Below, one piece after another: positions 47,901 to 58,027 of a stretch of 64,000 nt of DNA. Source of the stretch: a virus; IMG/VR virus record IMGVR_UViG_3300035696_000012, positions 32,001 through 96,000 of that record; one strand, written 5' to 3'. Positions within the stretch are counted from its first letter, which is position 1. Each line of letters opens with the position of its first letter. The notes beneath the pieces are model-generated. The model was not told where the DNA came from. It searched no databases and saw nothing but the letters and a program-made list of their open reading frames with translations. The position numbers were made by a program, and so were the translations under genes.

Positions 47901-50900
47901 GGTACTTCTTGTCCATCAATGAATAAATGAAGCTCGTCTCTGTTATTTTTTGTGTTTATTGCCCAAGATGCAGCAACATGATGTTGCTGCCCAGCTAACC
48001 ACGAAGAAATATCAGTATCTACTGTGGAGTTTCTACCATCCTTATCAAATACACGAAAATTTAAGTACCCACTCTCGTCTTTATAAATAGAAAATCTATT
48101 ATGATTTTTATCTTTACCAAAATCAAATATATAATGGTGATAGTCAGCTATAAATGTTATACCCTGATGCACATTATTAATATTCGATATAGTATAAGAT
48201 ATACTATTATTAGCACTAAATATTCTATCTGATGTTGGTTGAATATATTTTAAAGATTTTACATTATAAAAATTTCCATCTGTTTTAATTGAAACTTGAT
48301 AGTTTTTTATTCCATATCCATCAGCATATCCATCTAAAATATCAACATACCACCTATTTATATTGGTGTATGGATCATTTGCTATATATATAAATATCCC
48401 ATCTTTACTTTTATTTGGTATTCCAATTGTGGAACTATTTTTATTTACTGAAAAAGAATATCCATCTAAAAATTCTGGATGATACGCGCTTGGTCCAAGA
48501 AAAACATTTTGTGGTAAAACTGATTGACCATTTTTTATTATTGTAAATGTTAATATAGATTGATTATCAATGCCATTCCAGTTAGGCTTGACCCAACATT
48601 CAAAAGAACCTTGTTCTAATCTAAGATTAGAAACTGTGGGAAATTTAATAATCTGTCCTGGAACATTCATTAGAACACCATTGTCATATCTTGCAGGAAC
48701 CAATGAAAAAGAACCAGAAGTTGTAATTGGCTCTGGATTTAATAAATCACTTCCAAGTGACCAATTCTGAAAAGCAGATTCTATTATTTGTGGTGGTGTA
48801 TGAACAATAGTATTAACTATGTTACTCATAGAAGAAATTGTTGGTCCTTGTGGAAATGAACTCATTGCAGCTATGAGAGCATCCCTATACCTTTCTCTTT
48901 CAAATGAAACATCTAAACTATTTAATATTGGTATATTTATTAGTGTACCAAAATTTTTAAGCAGAGCATCTCTTAATGCTCCAACTTTATAACTAACATA
49001 GTATGTATCACCTGGGCTCAATGCCATAGATTTACTAAAATCTAGCACATTATCACCATATTCATAACTAATAATTATTTCATCCACAAGATATGTATAA
49101 TCTATATAATATCCACCTTTGTCATAATCAACAATAACTCTATACAAATTATTTATTGTATATGAATAAATTAATTGAATGGCATCTCCAAGCTGCGGAG
49201 AATTAATGTTTGGTAATATTAATTTAAATGGATTCCCTAAAATTATCATTCCAGAATTATCCCATAATTGAGCATTATCTGAAAGTCTAATTATTTGTAT
49301 ATTTAATGTAATATTTGGTGATAGATATTGTAGGGAATTATTAGCAAATACATAATAATTTGTACCATCGAATTGTATTGAATGGTATTCAGTAAATACC
49401 AATGAACCAACGGTTATGTTTTTTCCATTAAATGTTGATGACTGTGAAAAATTAATTGGATTAATGTTATTTAATAAATCTTCATATTCATATAACCCTC
49501 GTATATAACCTATATAATTTGATACCCCAGGAGAAAATATAGTATTTATGAAAGTACCAACTTGATTGTTATATACCTGATATGGATATTGAGTATTTCC
49601 ATTTAAAAAACCTTCATTTGCTACATCAAACGTAGATGGTAATATATTACCATCTGTAAAATTTACATATGAAAATTGTTTTGTTTTTTGTCCAGCAATA
49701 CTTAATTGATAGTAAATATCATCAACTGATATAAGATGAGGATTATTTGGTGTAATATAGCCTCGTTTATATGATATTGATCCAACAGAATATGATTGTG
49801 TTGATGATACATAACACCATACTACACCATTAACATAATCTATTTCATAATCACCTATATTTTGTAATCTTGAAACATTTTGTGTCTGAGTTGATGAATT
49901 ATCAAAATATATTTCTTGAATAAATATATTCATATTAGAAAATGATACACTTGAATTAAATGATGACCCTACCTCATCCTGAGAAGCTGAAATTATATTA
50001 TTATTGTTTAAATAAAACTTAAATATATTACCACCAGTAAGCGTCATTACTGCGCCAACTGAAAGAGTTTCATTCATAATATTTTGAAAAGATGCTCTCT
50101 CACTAGTTAAACTAACTATATTAGGTGCTTTTACATAATTGAAAAATATTTGATTATTTGTCCATCTTAAAATACTATATACTTCACCAGTAGTTTGATT
50201 AAATATTCTAAATACATCTGTGACTGGAAAATTTAATGGCTGTATAGTGTTTAAAGCAACAAGTCTATTATCTATGTATTCATTTAAAACTTCAATATGA
50301 GATGATGCAACATAATCTATCCCTTGTGCTAAAACCTCTTCATAATTAAATATAATATTTGCTGATGAACCAATTAAGCTACCATTAGGCAATGCAACTA
50401 GTTCAAAACTATCTGAATCATAAACATAATCTATTTCTGACTTAAAAACATATCTATATGTATATGTTGCCAGCGGAGGATACGCGCCCGTACCAGTTTT
50501 GTTGTTATCTTGTCCATATACATAAACATTTCCAGAACTATAATCAACAGAATATTCACCAATTTGAGACGGTAAATAATCTAATCTAAATGGTAATTCA
50601 TATAAAAATGCTGGATGTGGTATATTTGATCCTGGTGGTTCATTTGGATCAGTAAATATAACACTACCTATACTACCAATAGCATCATTATTAGTTACTA
50701 TTGGAGCATGCATTAATGTGAAAGTATTTTCCAATGGTGGTAAAACTTCACGACCAGATGACAAAATTGTATCTACAATTAATGATGTCGGATCTAAAAC
50801 TTTTCCAGTATTTTGGTATTGATATGTTACTTGAACATAAGCAATATTTTCCGTAGAAAAATTAGGATCATTTAATATACCTCTATTTAATATTACTTGA

Positions 50901-51790
50901 TTATTTGCCAATAACTCATATGTAAATGAGTTATCAGGATCATATAATGAATTATATATTTGATATCCATATGTAGGAATATCATAATTATATGGAGGTA
51001 AAGATGAATCATATACAAATAAAACACTATTTAATATAATGACAAAATTTTTGGTAAAATTAATTGTAAATGTATCTTGATTAAAGGTTCCAATTTTATC
51101 CACAGTAACAAGCGGTAAGTTTTCTGAATAACTTGCAGCTTGTAGTGAAACAGGATAGCTTGGAAATGATGGAATCGACGTAATATTTTGAACTGGATCA
51201 CTAGTTGGGTTCATTCCAACTCTTAAAATTTCATACGCACTTTCTTCATTTAATCTATCATATGGACCATTGCCTCTGGTTTTAAATTCATCTATTATTG
51301 TTGTTGTTAAATAATTTTCATTTTTTGATTGTCTTATGGCATATAATGATTGTGAAAATACAGATGATAGTCCTTGTATATAACTTGATATAATGGATGG
51401 GCTATCTAAATTATAAACATTATTTCTAAGAAAATTATTTAAATATATTTGTACTGGATTGCTCGAATCTAATGGGCCCAATATTAACTGACGATTAGTT
51501 ATACCATCATTTAAAATAAACGCATCACCATTTAATGAATTAAATGGCACTTGGTTAGTTGATTGGAAAGTTATAAAATATGCTGCTTGTGGTACTAACG
51601 GTTGAGTTGTTATATATAATAAATTATCAGATACTGTAACAATCAGCACAGATGGGCTAGAGACTCCGGGTGTTTGAGCACTTATTGTAATATTAGTTGT
51701 ATTTATATCTTCATTTAAATTTTCAGAAAACTTAGCAGTAATATTACTGCTATTTACAACTGTTATAGATATAATTCTTAAATTAGCCAC
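44930..51790 (-). CDS. Giant baseplate-wedge-like protein with two LamG/ConA-like domains
   Basis: 2286 aa directly after baseplate J; N-terminal Ig-like strand pattern; RYRDAL.....GPT...M..IV (wedge-partner-like); two EG(S/T).E.W..P...SI.KD.SGY.NF...W....H......F(I/V)DG LamG units. Confidence 0.75.
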   Translation of the reverse strand: MANLRIISITVVNSSNITAKFSENLNEDINTTNITISAQTPGVSSPSVLIVTVSDNLLYITTQPLVPQAAYFITFQSTNQVPFNSLNGDAFILNDGITNRQLILGPLDSSNPVQIYLNNFLRNNVYNLDSPSIISSYIQGLSSVFSQSLYAIRQSKNENYLTTTIIDEFKTRGNGPYDRLNEESAYEILRVGMNPTSDPVQNITSIPSFPSYPVSLQAASYSENLPLVTVDKIGTFNQDTFTINFTKNFVIILNSVLFVYDSSLPPYNYDIPTYGYQIYNSLYDPDNSFTYELLANNQVILNRGILNDPNFSTENIAYVQVTYQYQNTGKVLDPTSLIVDTILSSGREVLPPLENTFTLMHAPIVTNNDAIGSIGSVIFTDPNEPPGSNIPHPAFLYELPFRLDYLPSQIGEYSVDYSSGNVYVYGQDNNKTGTGAYPPLATYTYRYVFKSEIDYVYDSDSFELVALPNGSLIGSSANIIFNYEEVLAQGIDYVASSHIEVLNEYIDNRLVALNTIQPLNFPVTDVFRIFNQTTGEVYSILRWTNNQIFFNYVKAPNIVSLTSERASFQNIMNETLSVGAVMTLTGGNIFKFYLNNNNIISASQDEVGSSFNSSVSFSNMNIFIQEIYFDNSSTQTQNVSRLQNIGDYEIDYVNGVVWCYVSSTQSYSVGSISYKRGYITPNNPHLISVDDIYYQLSIAGQKTKQFSYVNFTDGNILPSTFDVANEGFLNGNTQYPYQVYNNQVGTFINTIFSPGVSNYIGYIRGLYEYEDLLNNINPINFSQSSTFNGKNITVGSLVFTEYHSIQFDGTNYYVFANNSLQYLSPNITLNIQIIRLSDNAQLWDNSGMIILGNPFKLILPNINSPQLGDAIQLIYSYTINNLYRVIVDYDKGGYYIDYTYLVDEIIISYEYGDNVLDFSKSMALSPGDTYYVSYKVGALRDALLKNFGTLINIPILNSLDVSFERERYRDALIAAMSSFPQGPTISSMSNIVNTIVHTPPQIIESAFQNWSLGSDLLNPEPITTSGSFSLVPARYDNGVLMNVPGQIIKFPTVSNLRLEQGSFECWVKPNWNGIDNQSILTFTIIKNGQSVLPQNVFLGPSAYHPEFLDGYSFSVNKNSSTIGIPNKSKDGIFIYIANDPYTNINRWYVDILDGYADGYGIKNYQVSIKTDGNFYNVKSLKYIQPTSDRIFSANNSISYTISNINNVHQGITFIADYHHYIFDFGKDKNHNRFSIYKDESGYLNFRVFDKDGRNSTVDTDISSWLAGQQHHVAASWAINTKNNRDELHLFIDGQEVPNIIKYGSNVETYLHEKFRTVNPEEIVGIITSAIVSSTDLVTTLGLNNVTSSLNFSAYGIVNGGTIYIEEPGFSTSGYLIINVNGNTLTLATPMPLSMTGASFSINKTSFNVLTEIDLYPNVIISLLHSSLNGTDLKIIDGYNIVTSASINFSMKDVVPGYLIRITESGFAENYVILGVNGQNLILNSKMPASYSSASFFIYPNIEQEIPGLRALHPAYSITRNPDDTVTLTIKDKALPNDIVLIRTLGLNHRLINHKYYIWGNTANIIKTRLPSPILLSDVKITHILLDRYNIGPVNSTLIGGVFVSNNIMTDQPSISDNGRTLSVYISGTNIDYSNPVTVSIYGTNNTSSPEILIFTKNDTLSTISQFTNVNYVVVNCNPIDPTQNCVVISILEANPITVAENSTTVPVIRYSYQTVVGNSLIGSGNTVTDSNNFFSSQTIGNYLVITYPPASAGQYQITDVSSDYKSINITPALPSPITSDGVYEVLTVSTYRSGLQNGYFILENLTTPGQPYNLVQGLYQFEYYTYLTIPMNLTNLYSYVGTDFAGHNVFNGIIDELTIISEKLTDVRIGEMVGANQETITKDFNSLKALQPTANTSMLLHFDSFPFTNDSSIYTTASNQFIQSSISVNDNFGKSIVLTNKPMVIDNTGILTSKQEGTIEFWINPIYDTGNDPNYRYYFDASGIVSQQVVSINNATVQVSGRVSQVLNVKLQVGNQNVDYFAGGTIGDDMQTLYLNRALPNQQTPVVVNYIPTGTNGDRISIFKDPSGYVNFSVTASGIVYQIRTPAYWSKGTWHRLKATFKVNSGLGSDEIRFFVDGYERGNVLFGNGLLYGQNQVFGSSFTGQNTMQASIIFKDTINELFIGSDFSGTNGAYALIDNLRISNQSRPLFMPFGESLDVNYSTNTDIVLPVTPDLYTTLLLDFDTLITKNTNFATLKNSTTGLSDFTINIYDSFDILADNAVVKQVLEELINTLKPANTQVYINYF

Positions 51791-54700
51791 TTGTGATACT
51801 TTCTTGAACTATCGAAATTGTGTTAGCAACAAAATATTGATTCTCTTGAGCGGTTATTGTTAATACTTGACCAGCCGTTCCATCTACGTTAAAATACACA
51901 ACACGAACACGCTCCACACCATCAACAGCCTGTGCTGCTGAAATTAACATTGATGAACTTAATACACCTCCCAGTTGATTTGTATTAATTGTTGACGTGA
52001 TAGCATTATTAACATTTTGTATAACTATAGCTGCCGAATTAGTTGAATCAGAGTTAATAACTATATTTAACGTAGCATCTATTAATAATTGTTTGGCTTC
52101 TTTAATTAAAACATCTGCTGTTATAGGTCTAGCCCCTTCAACAGTAAATGTTGTATTTGTTATTAGTGAATTATAGTTATAATTTATTAATATTCTTTCA
52201 TTTTGTTTTGGAGCTAAGTAATCATAAAACGCAGTGTATCTTGAACCAGTTGCAGGTTGAGTAAAAAATGAAACAGTAAATCTTGCAGATTGAGATGTAT
52301 TAAATCCGCTTGATGGATACAATCTATTTAAGAAAGCAAACTTTTTATTTGTATATAATGTTCCATTTTTTGTAAAATACACGTTTTCACTATCATTATC
52401 AGTTGCATAATAGAAAGTAATCATTAATGAATCACCAAGATTTGGAGAATTATTTATATTATTAGTTGTTGATGGTAATGTAAATTGGGTATTTTGTAAT
52501 GAAGGATTGGTTATCATTTCATTAGCATATAATATATTATTATTTATTTCTGTTCCAAGTACATCATATGTTGCCAATGTACTAAGTACCTGATTTCCAG
52601 TTGTAACGCTGACTTTTTTAACACTAACTACTCGTGTGATATATGTATTTGATGGAATAGTTGCATTTGTTGTTAAATTAAGAAATGTTACAAATGCTGA
52701 AAGAGCATTTTGAGTTAAACCGCCATTAATAGCTGTAAATACAACGTTAGCAACCTGAGTTACTGTTGTACCAGATGCCGTTATTACACCAGAATTAGAT
52801 ATTTGATCTGTGACTGTTATCGACAATTTTGTTGGTGATTGATGTAGATTTTTATTACCAAATAATACTACGACCACAGCATCTCCTTGAGACGCTACAG
52901 CATTTGCTGGCAGATTTAAAACATTATTTACAGGATCTATAGTACCAGATGTGGTCCATAAATCAGTATTATTAGCGACTCCAATAACGCTAACCTGTGT
53001 GGCTTGTAAATTAGCAATGGCTAATTGTATAGTTAATACATTACTTGATGTATTAATAGATGTTATACTATAATAACCTTTATTATTAATATTCACTGTG
53101 TTTATTAATTTCAATGATTTACCAAGTAAATCATCTACTGAGGAAAAATTAAATGATATACTTGAGAAGGTTGCTACCGAAGAATTAGATGAAACAGATT
53201 GTATATAACCATCTGTACCTGATGCTATTGACAACCCAGTTGTATTATCAATAACATTGAAAACCATATTATTTTCAACAATAAAATTATGTATTGGCAC
53301 ATAAAAATTATTAGTTGTAAAATTATATGATAGATTTTGAAAATCTGTTTTTATTATTTGATTTGTAAAAGTAAATGGCTGGAATCTTCTTATATCATCA
53401 GCAAAATACATAACTAAAACATTATCTCCAACTGCTGGAGAATTAAAACCAGAAAATATTAATTGATATTGCGTACCAGTATTAACAACTGTACCTGGAA
53501 AATCAATATTCCATATTTCTTTATTAGAAACTAAATCTATAACCGATATAATTTGTGATTGTAATAGAGAAAAATCCGATGATGGTATACTTAATGTTAT
53601 ATAATTTTGATTTAAATTATTTGATTGAATTGTTTGATTTTCTCTTTTGATGGTGTTTGAGCTTATATTGCTAGTTGACCCAGTATTAGTATTTAGTAAA
53701 TACCCATTACCAGTTCTACTAATTGGTAATCCTGTTATTCCAACATTAACTAAATCTGGTAATGCAGCCAGATACGTTACATCTAAATATATAGATTGTG
53801 TGGGCGATGATATGTTAGATGCCGGTATAGTTATTTGATTTGAAGTAAAACTTCCAGTTGAATTAACAACATTAAATGAATCTTGTTGATTATATGTTAT
53901 TGATAGTAAATCTCCAATTACTGCTGATGTATCTGTTGGCAATATTATAGTTGTACTATATTTTAATTGTATTCCGACAACAATGCTATTATTAATAATA
54001 ATACCATCATTTTGTGCTGTATTATATATTTCCTGGTTAGAATCGGTTAGTCTGATACTTTCTATAGAATTAATTGGATTATCTATTGGAGACAAAACTA
54101 CCTGAAGTCTTGTTAAGAAATTTGCAACTGTTCCGGTAACAGCTATACCACGACTAAAACTAAAATAATTTGCAGATATTACAACTGATACTGGATGTTT
54201 TACCGTACCAATAAAAAGATTATTAGCAGTATTTAATGAAAATAAAACTCTTTCATTTCTAATAGCATTAGAAATACCCCAATCAACGCTATCAGAAATT
54301 GGTCTTGGATTATTATTTAATAATTTACCATCATAGTCACTATATGGATCGTAACTATCAATCCAAGTATAATCAACCTGAAGTATATCGCTTGATGCTG
54401 GCAATGTATTACCGCTTATTTGTATTTGACCAGTAGTATTTGTACTTCCGGTATTATCTAAATTTTGATTTATTATCGTATAAGTTTCACCAGTATTAAC
54501 ATTAAATACCCTTGTTACATTTGTAGCTGGCGTATGTAATAATTGAATAATAGAACTATCACTGCTTGAAACTATACTATTTTCGCTAATTATAGATATA
54601 CTCTGTTGAACTTTTGGTATATCAATAACATCTGAATATGTTGTTGCATCTTGACCATTAAATTTTGATTTAACTCTATCTTCTTGAAATAATGATATTT

Positions 54701-55874
54701 TATTTGATACCCAATGAAATTTATCAAAACCCCAAGGACTTCCAGCATATACACCGGTATCCTTTATTAATTCATAATTTCCTGAAACTCTTCCAAGACT
54801 ATCGGTTGTTTTTGGTACAAAATTACCACCACTCAATGAACCAGTAACTTGCAAAATTGCCTCAACTGGTTGTGCGGGTAAAACACCATTTGCAATATCA
54901 TCTATTCTTTTTTGTGTAACTGTTTTATTTGCATCAGCAGCAATTTGTCCTAATACAATTATATTTGCAGTATTTGTTGGGTCATTATTATTACTTTGAT
55001 CTATATAAATATACGTATCTGTAAATTGAGTTAATGTGCTTCCAAGAATTAATATATCTACTTTTCCACCAGTACCCTCAGATATTATCGTATAACTTCC
55101 ATCTGAATTTTCTGTTACTTGAGTACCATCTCTTGTCATAAGAGGATTCCCTGGTCCTATAACCACTGCATCAGAAACAGCAGAATTTGACAAAACTAAA
55201 TTTTTATAACCAAGAGCTGTACCTATATTTGAACCACTAAATACAGCTAATACTCTATTTCTGAATGTTGAATCATTTTCTTGATCATTACCACCAGTGA
55301 ATGGAAATGTGTTTGTAACATTTGAAACTCCTGGAATTGATGTTTGATTTAACGAGTATTGCGATATATTCCCAGCACTTCCAGCAGTTGTAGCCTGCAC
55401 AGAAACCTCTACTGCATATTGATCTGTTATATTTAAAAAACCAAGCGCGCTTTGATATTTTGTTGCGATTGATTTATAAAAATTAGCATTTGCAGGATCT
55501 ACACTTGTACCATTTAATACAACAAAAGTTGATCCACTTGTAGATGTTATTAAAGACCCGGTATTTATAGCAATAATAGCCGGAATTGAATTAAATGTTA
55601 AAAGTGCTGTGCCTGATGATTTTGTTGCTACTTTTCTGGTAACTCCATAATTTTGTGCAAGCTTGTCTAAATCACTACCAGATACCAACCTCAATGATTG
55701 AAGATTCGATATTTTCCCAATCTCATCATATAGAAGGGCTAGCTGTGAAGCCGGAGCATCAACGATCAAATCTCTTGCAACTGTTCCAGGTTTAAGATCT
55801 AAATTTGGTTGAGCAGTGTTAAAAAAATCAATTAAATTTAATATAATTTCATTAGTACTTCTAATAGTTACCAT
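51783..55874 (-). CDS. Baseplate J / gp6-like wedge protein with large insertion
   Basis: PGTVARDL, G.DLD.LA.NYGVTR..A, G.AGN, V.NV.N...FTGG.D.E.D..FR.R; C-terminal LG..L..S.LI..A.AV.GV..V. Confidence 0.88.
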   Translation of the reverse strand: MVTIRSTNEIILNLIDFFNTAQPNLDLKPGTVARDLIVDAPASQLALLYDEIGKISNLQSLRLVSGSDLDKLAQNYGVTRKVATKSSGTALLTFNSIPAIIAINTGSLITSTSGSTFVVLNGTSVDPANANFYKSIATKYQSALGFLNITDQYAVEVSVQATTAGSAGNISQYSLNQTSIPGVSNVTNTFPFTGGNDQENDSTFRNRVLAVFSGSNIGTALGYKNLVLSNSAVSDAVVIGPGNPLMTRDGTQVTENSDGSYTIISEGTGGKVDILILGSTLTQFTDTYIYIDQSNNNDPTNTANIIVLGQIAADANKTVTQKRIDDIANGVLPAQPVEAILQVTGSLSGGNFVPKTTDSLGRVSGNYELIKDTGVYAGSPWGFDKFHWVSNKISLFQEDRVKSKFNGQDATTYSDVIDIPKVQQSISIISENSIVSSSDSSIIQLLHTPATNVTRVFNVNTGETYTIINQNLDNTGSTNTTGQIQISGNTLPASSDILQVDYTWIDSYDPYSDYDGKLLNNNPRPISDSVDWGISNAIRNERVLFSLNTANNLFIGTVKHPVSVVISANYFSFSRGIAVTGTVANFLTRLQVVLSPIDNPINSIESIRLTDSNQEIYNTAQNDGIIINNSIVVGIQLKYSTTIILPTDTSAVIGDLLSITYNQQDSFNVVNSTGSFTSNQITIPASNISSPTQSIYLDVTYLAALPDLVNVGITGLPISRTGNGYLLNTNTGSTSNISSNTIKRENQTIQSNNLNQNYITLSIPSSDFSLLQSQIISVIDLVSNKEIWNIDFPGTVVNTGTQYQLIFSGFNSPAVGDNVLVMYFADDIRRFQPFTFTNQIIKTDFQNLSYNFTTNNFYVPIHNFIVENNMVFNVIDNTTGLSIASGTDGYIQSVSSNSSVATFSSISFNFSSVDDLLGKSLKLINTVNINNKGYYSITSINTSSNVLTIQLAIANLQATQVSVIGVANNTDLWTTSGTIDPVNNVLNLPANAVASQGDAVVVVLFGNKNLHQSPTKLSITVTDQISNSGVITASGTTVTQVANVVFTAINGGLTQNALSAFVTFLNLTTNATIPSNTYITRVVSVKKVSVTTGNQVLSTLATYDVLGTEINNNILYANEMITNPSLQNTQFTLPSTTNNINNSPNLGDSLMITFYYATDNDSENVYFTKNGTLYTNKKFAFLNRLYPSSGFNTSQSARFTVSFFTQPATGSRYTAFYDYLAPKQNERILINYNYNSLITNTTFTVEGARPITADVLIKEAKQLLIDATLNIVINSDSTNSAAIVIQNVNNAITSTINTNQLGGVLSSSMLISAAQAVDGVERVRVVYFNVDGTAGQVLTITAQENQYFVANTISIVQESITSG

Positions 55875-55883
55875 AATCTGCCC

Positions 55884-56315
55884 TTAAGAATTACCTACTG
55901 TAAAAACTGCACTAACTTTTCCGAATGCTCTACTCAAAACATTTATAGTTGTTTGATATTGTCTTGGATCATATGGACTTTGAGTTATTGATATATTTTG
56001 TATAAATGCTATTTGTTCATCTGGAGAAACTGATTGACCTGATTGTACTTGCAGATTTTGTAATTTTTTTAAATTTTCTATAGCATTTTGCAACTGTGTT
56101 TGAGCAACTGATAGTAATATATCGTTTTGTAAAACGGATCCTATTAAAGATTTATTAATTAAAGTTCCATACCAAGGATTTAATACATTTCCGCCAGCAG
56201 GAGTCAGTGCTATTTTAAGCAAATCTTGTACCAATTTATCATTGCCCTGAATAGTGGCAAAATCAGAATTAGTTATAACCAAATCACCATTATATACCTG
56301 TAAATCAAATGACAT
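55884..56315 (-). CDS. gp25-like baseplate wedge protein
   Basis: Probable ATG 56315 after AGGTGA; GDLV......I.G..KL.QD...AL.T..G....P.YG pattern; precedes baseplate J. Confidence 0.8.
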   Translation of the reverse strand: MSFDLQVYNGDLVITNSDFATIQGNDKLVQDLLKIALTPAGGNVLNPWYGTLINKSLIGSVLQNDILLSVAQTQLQNAIENLKKLQNLQVQSGQSVSPDEQIAFIQNISITQSPYDPRQYQTTINVLSRAFGKVSAVFTVGNS

Positions 56316-56331
56316 AACTTCACCTATCAAT

Positions 56332-56345
56332 ATGCTGAATTATTA
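56332..56345 (-). promoter_or_regulatory. Candidate late promoter (TAAT-N8-AT)
   Basis: Minus strand aaTAATaattcagcATatt; 16 nt before ATG 56315. Confidence 0.45.
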
Positions 56346-56365
56346 TTATTTGGCTAAAATATAGA

Positions 56366-58027
56366 TTATTGTGCAATAAGAACTGTTCCGTTATTTACAT
56401 TATCGTAATATTTTTGTATAAATTGGTAAATATTTAATAATGTACTTTCAAATGATGCCAATGATGTAACAACATCGGGTATATCAGAGTCTTCTACACC
56501 ATTTATATTTATATCTGGTCTATAATCCGCAATTCTTTGAATGGCACGAGTATCAATTAATCCGAGCAATGCTAACGGATCCATAATCCACAATGCCGCC
56601 TGCATTGCTATCATATCTATCAACCCAAAACCACTGAATTCTCCCATTATTATTTCTATATTTCTTAAATAATCAATACCATAATTACCTAATGTATTGC
56701 GATTATTATTAAGAGAATCAAGATTAGATTGATATGATTTATCAACATTTTTATTTATAGAAAAAACTGAATCATCAAGATTTGAAAACACAAAATCTCC
56801 GAGATCTGGTGCTCCATTTAATCCGGTATCAAATTGGATATCATTAAGTATTTGTTTTTGAGTTAATTGAATTATTTGAGTTTCAATTGCTCGATTATTT
56901 ATATCATTTGCAATAGGAGTATTTAATTTTCCACCATTAGTACCATCCTCTACCCCTCCTGTTGGACTTGGTATTGGTTCAAAATTAATTTTCAATCTAA
57001 GTTTTTGTATATTATTTATTGATTCTATCAATTTATCTACAACAATTTGTATTATTTTAATATAATCGCTAAAAATTTTTACTTCTGAGCTATACAGTTG
57101 ACCTAACGGATCAGCAACTGCCGCAACAAGATCTTGATCTGTTTGTGATGGGTCAGCAGTTATTGCGTTAAATATTCCTGTTATTACATCATTTCCTTGA
57201 TTAAGTGTAAGGTTATTATTATTATATCTGGTTGTTATTACTTTTTCAATATATGGTCTTTTTAGATTATCAGTGGAGCCTGTCGTAGAACCAAATATTT
57301 TGGTTTGTGATTTATCTTTTAAAAATGGAGCACATATTCTATTTACTATGGGTCTAACTGATGAATCTATTCTCGGATCAACTATAAATGGTTTAATTGG
57401 GTGTTTTGTAGTTAAAATACTTGTATCTATAGTATTATTTAATCCAAAAATCCTATTAACTTCTATTGACCTCTCATGCACGAATTGGAATTTATTAGGA
57501 TCATCAACTAATGGAGCGGTACTGCCTAATTGTTGAGAAAATGACCGTATAAATAATGAACCAAGCATAATTTCTTGTGCTTGAACACCACTATTAGCAA
57601 AAATTTTGTTAAAATATATTTGCACTTGCTGTTCACGAAATGCAAATTGTGATGTTAAACTCAAATTATTTATTACAGCATTTGCTATTTTTTGATATGC
57701 TGCCGTTGAAGTTTTATCTAAATTTAAATTAGGATCATACCCTGGGCTATAAAAATTACCAGCATCAGCAACCACAGGAAATCCTATCATTCTATAAAAT
57801 GCATGACACCTTGATTCTTGATATTGTGGAGTATTCAGCTCTTGTGAATTTGGCACTAATGCATTGAAATGACTTCTGATTGCATCGACTGGAACAATAA
57901 AATTATTATATAATGAATCAAAATCAATATTTAATATATCTTGATTATTTTTATATTTTGATTGCGTGTTATCTTGCGACGAATCATTATTATAAAAATT
58001 ATTATTTGAACTATTAGTATTTGCCAT
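56366..58027 (-). CDS. Hypothetical protein in baseplate module
   Basis: 553 aa, coupled to upstream gene. Confidence 0.7.
   Translation of the reverse strand: MANTNSSNNNFYNNDSSQDNTQSKYKNNQDILNIDFDSLYNNFIVPVDAIRSHFNALVPNSQELNTPQYQESRCHAFYRMIGFPVVADAGNFYSPGYDPNLNLDKTSTAAYQKIANAVINNLSLTSQFAFREQQVQIYFNKIFANSGVQAQEIMLGSLFIRSFSQQLGSTAPLVDDPNKFQFVHERSIEVNRIFGLNNTIDTSILTTKHPIKPFIVDPRIDSSVRPIVNRICAPFLKDKSQTKIFGSTTGSTDNLKRPYIEKVITTRYNNNNLTLNQGNDVITGIFNAITADPSQTDQDLVAAVADPLGQLYSSEVKIFSDYIKIIQIVVDKLIESINNIQKLRLKINFEPIPSPTGGVEDGTNGGKLNTPIANDINNRAIETQIIQLTQKQILNDIQFDTGLNGAPDLGDFVFSNLDDSVFSINKNVDKSYQSNLDSLNNNRNTLGNYGIDYLRNIEIIMGEFSGFGLIDMIAMQAALWIMDPLALLGLIDTRAIQRIADYRPDININGVEDSDIPDVVTSLASFESTLLNIYQFIQKYYDNVNNGTVLIAQ

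Noticed and set aside
667-57536. Numerous 60-160 aa alternative-frame and antisense ORFs in the track (e.g. 760..1005, 2577..2843, 14038..14517, 17266..17646, 38854..39183, 57273..57536)
   Set aside because: They lie wholly within longer, motif-supported genes, lack RBS, and are expected shadows of low-complexity or biased coding DNA.
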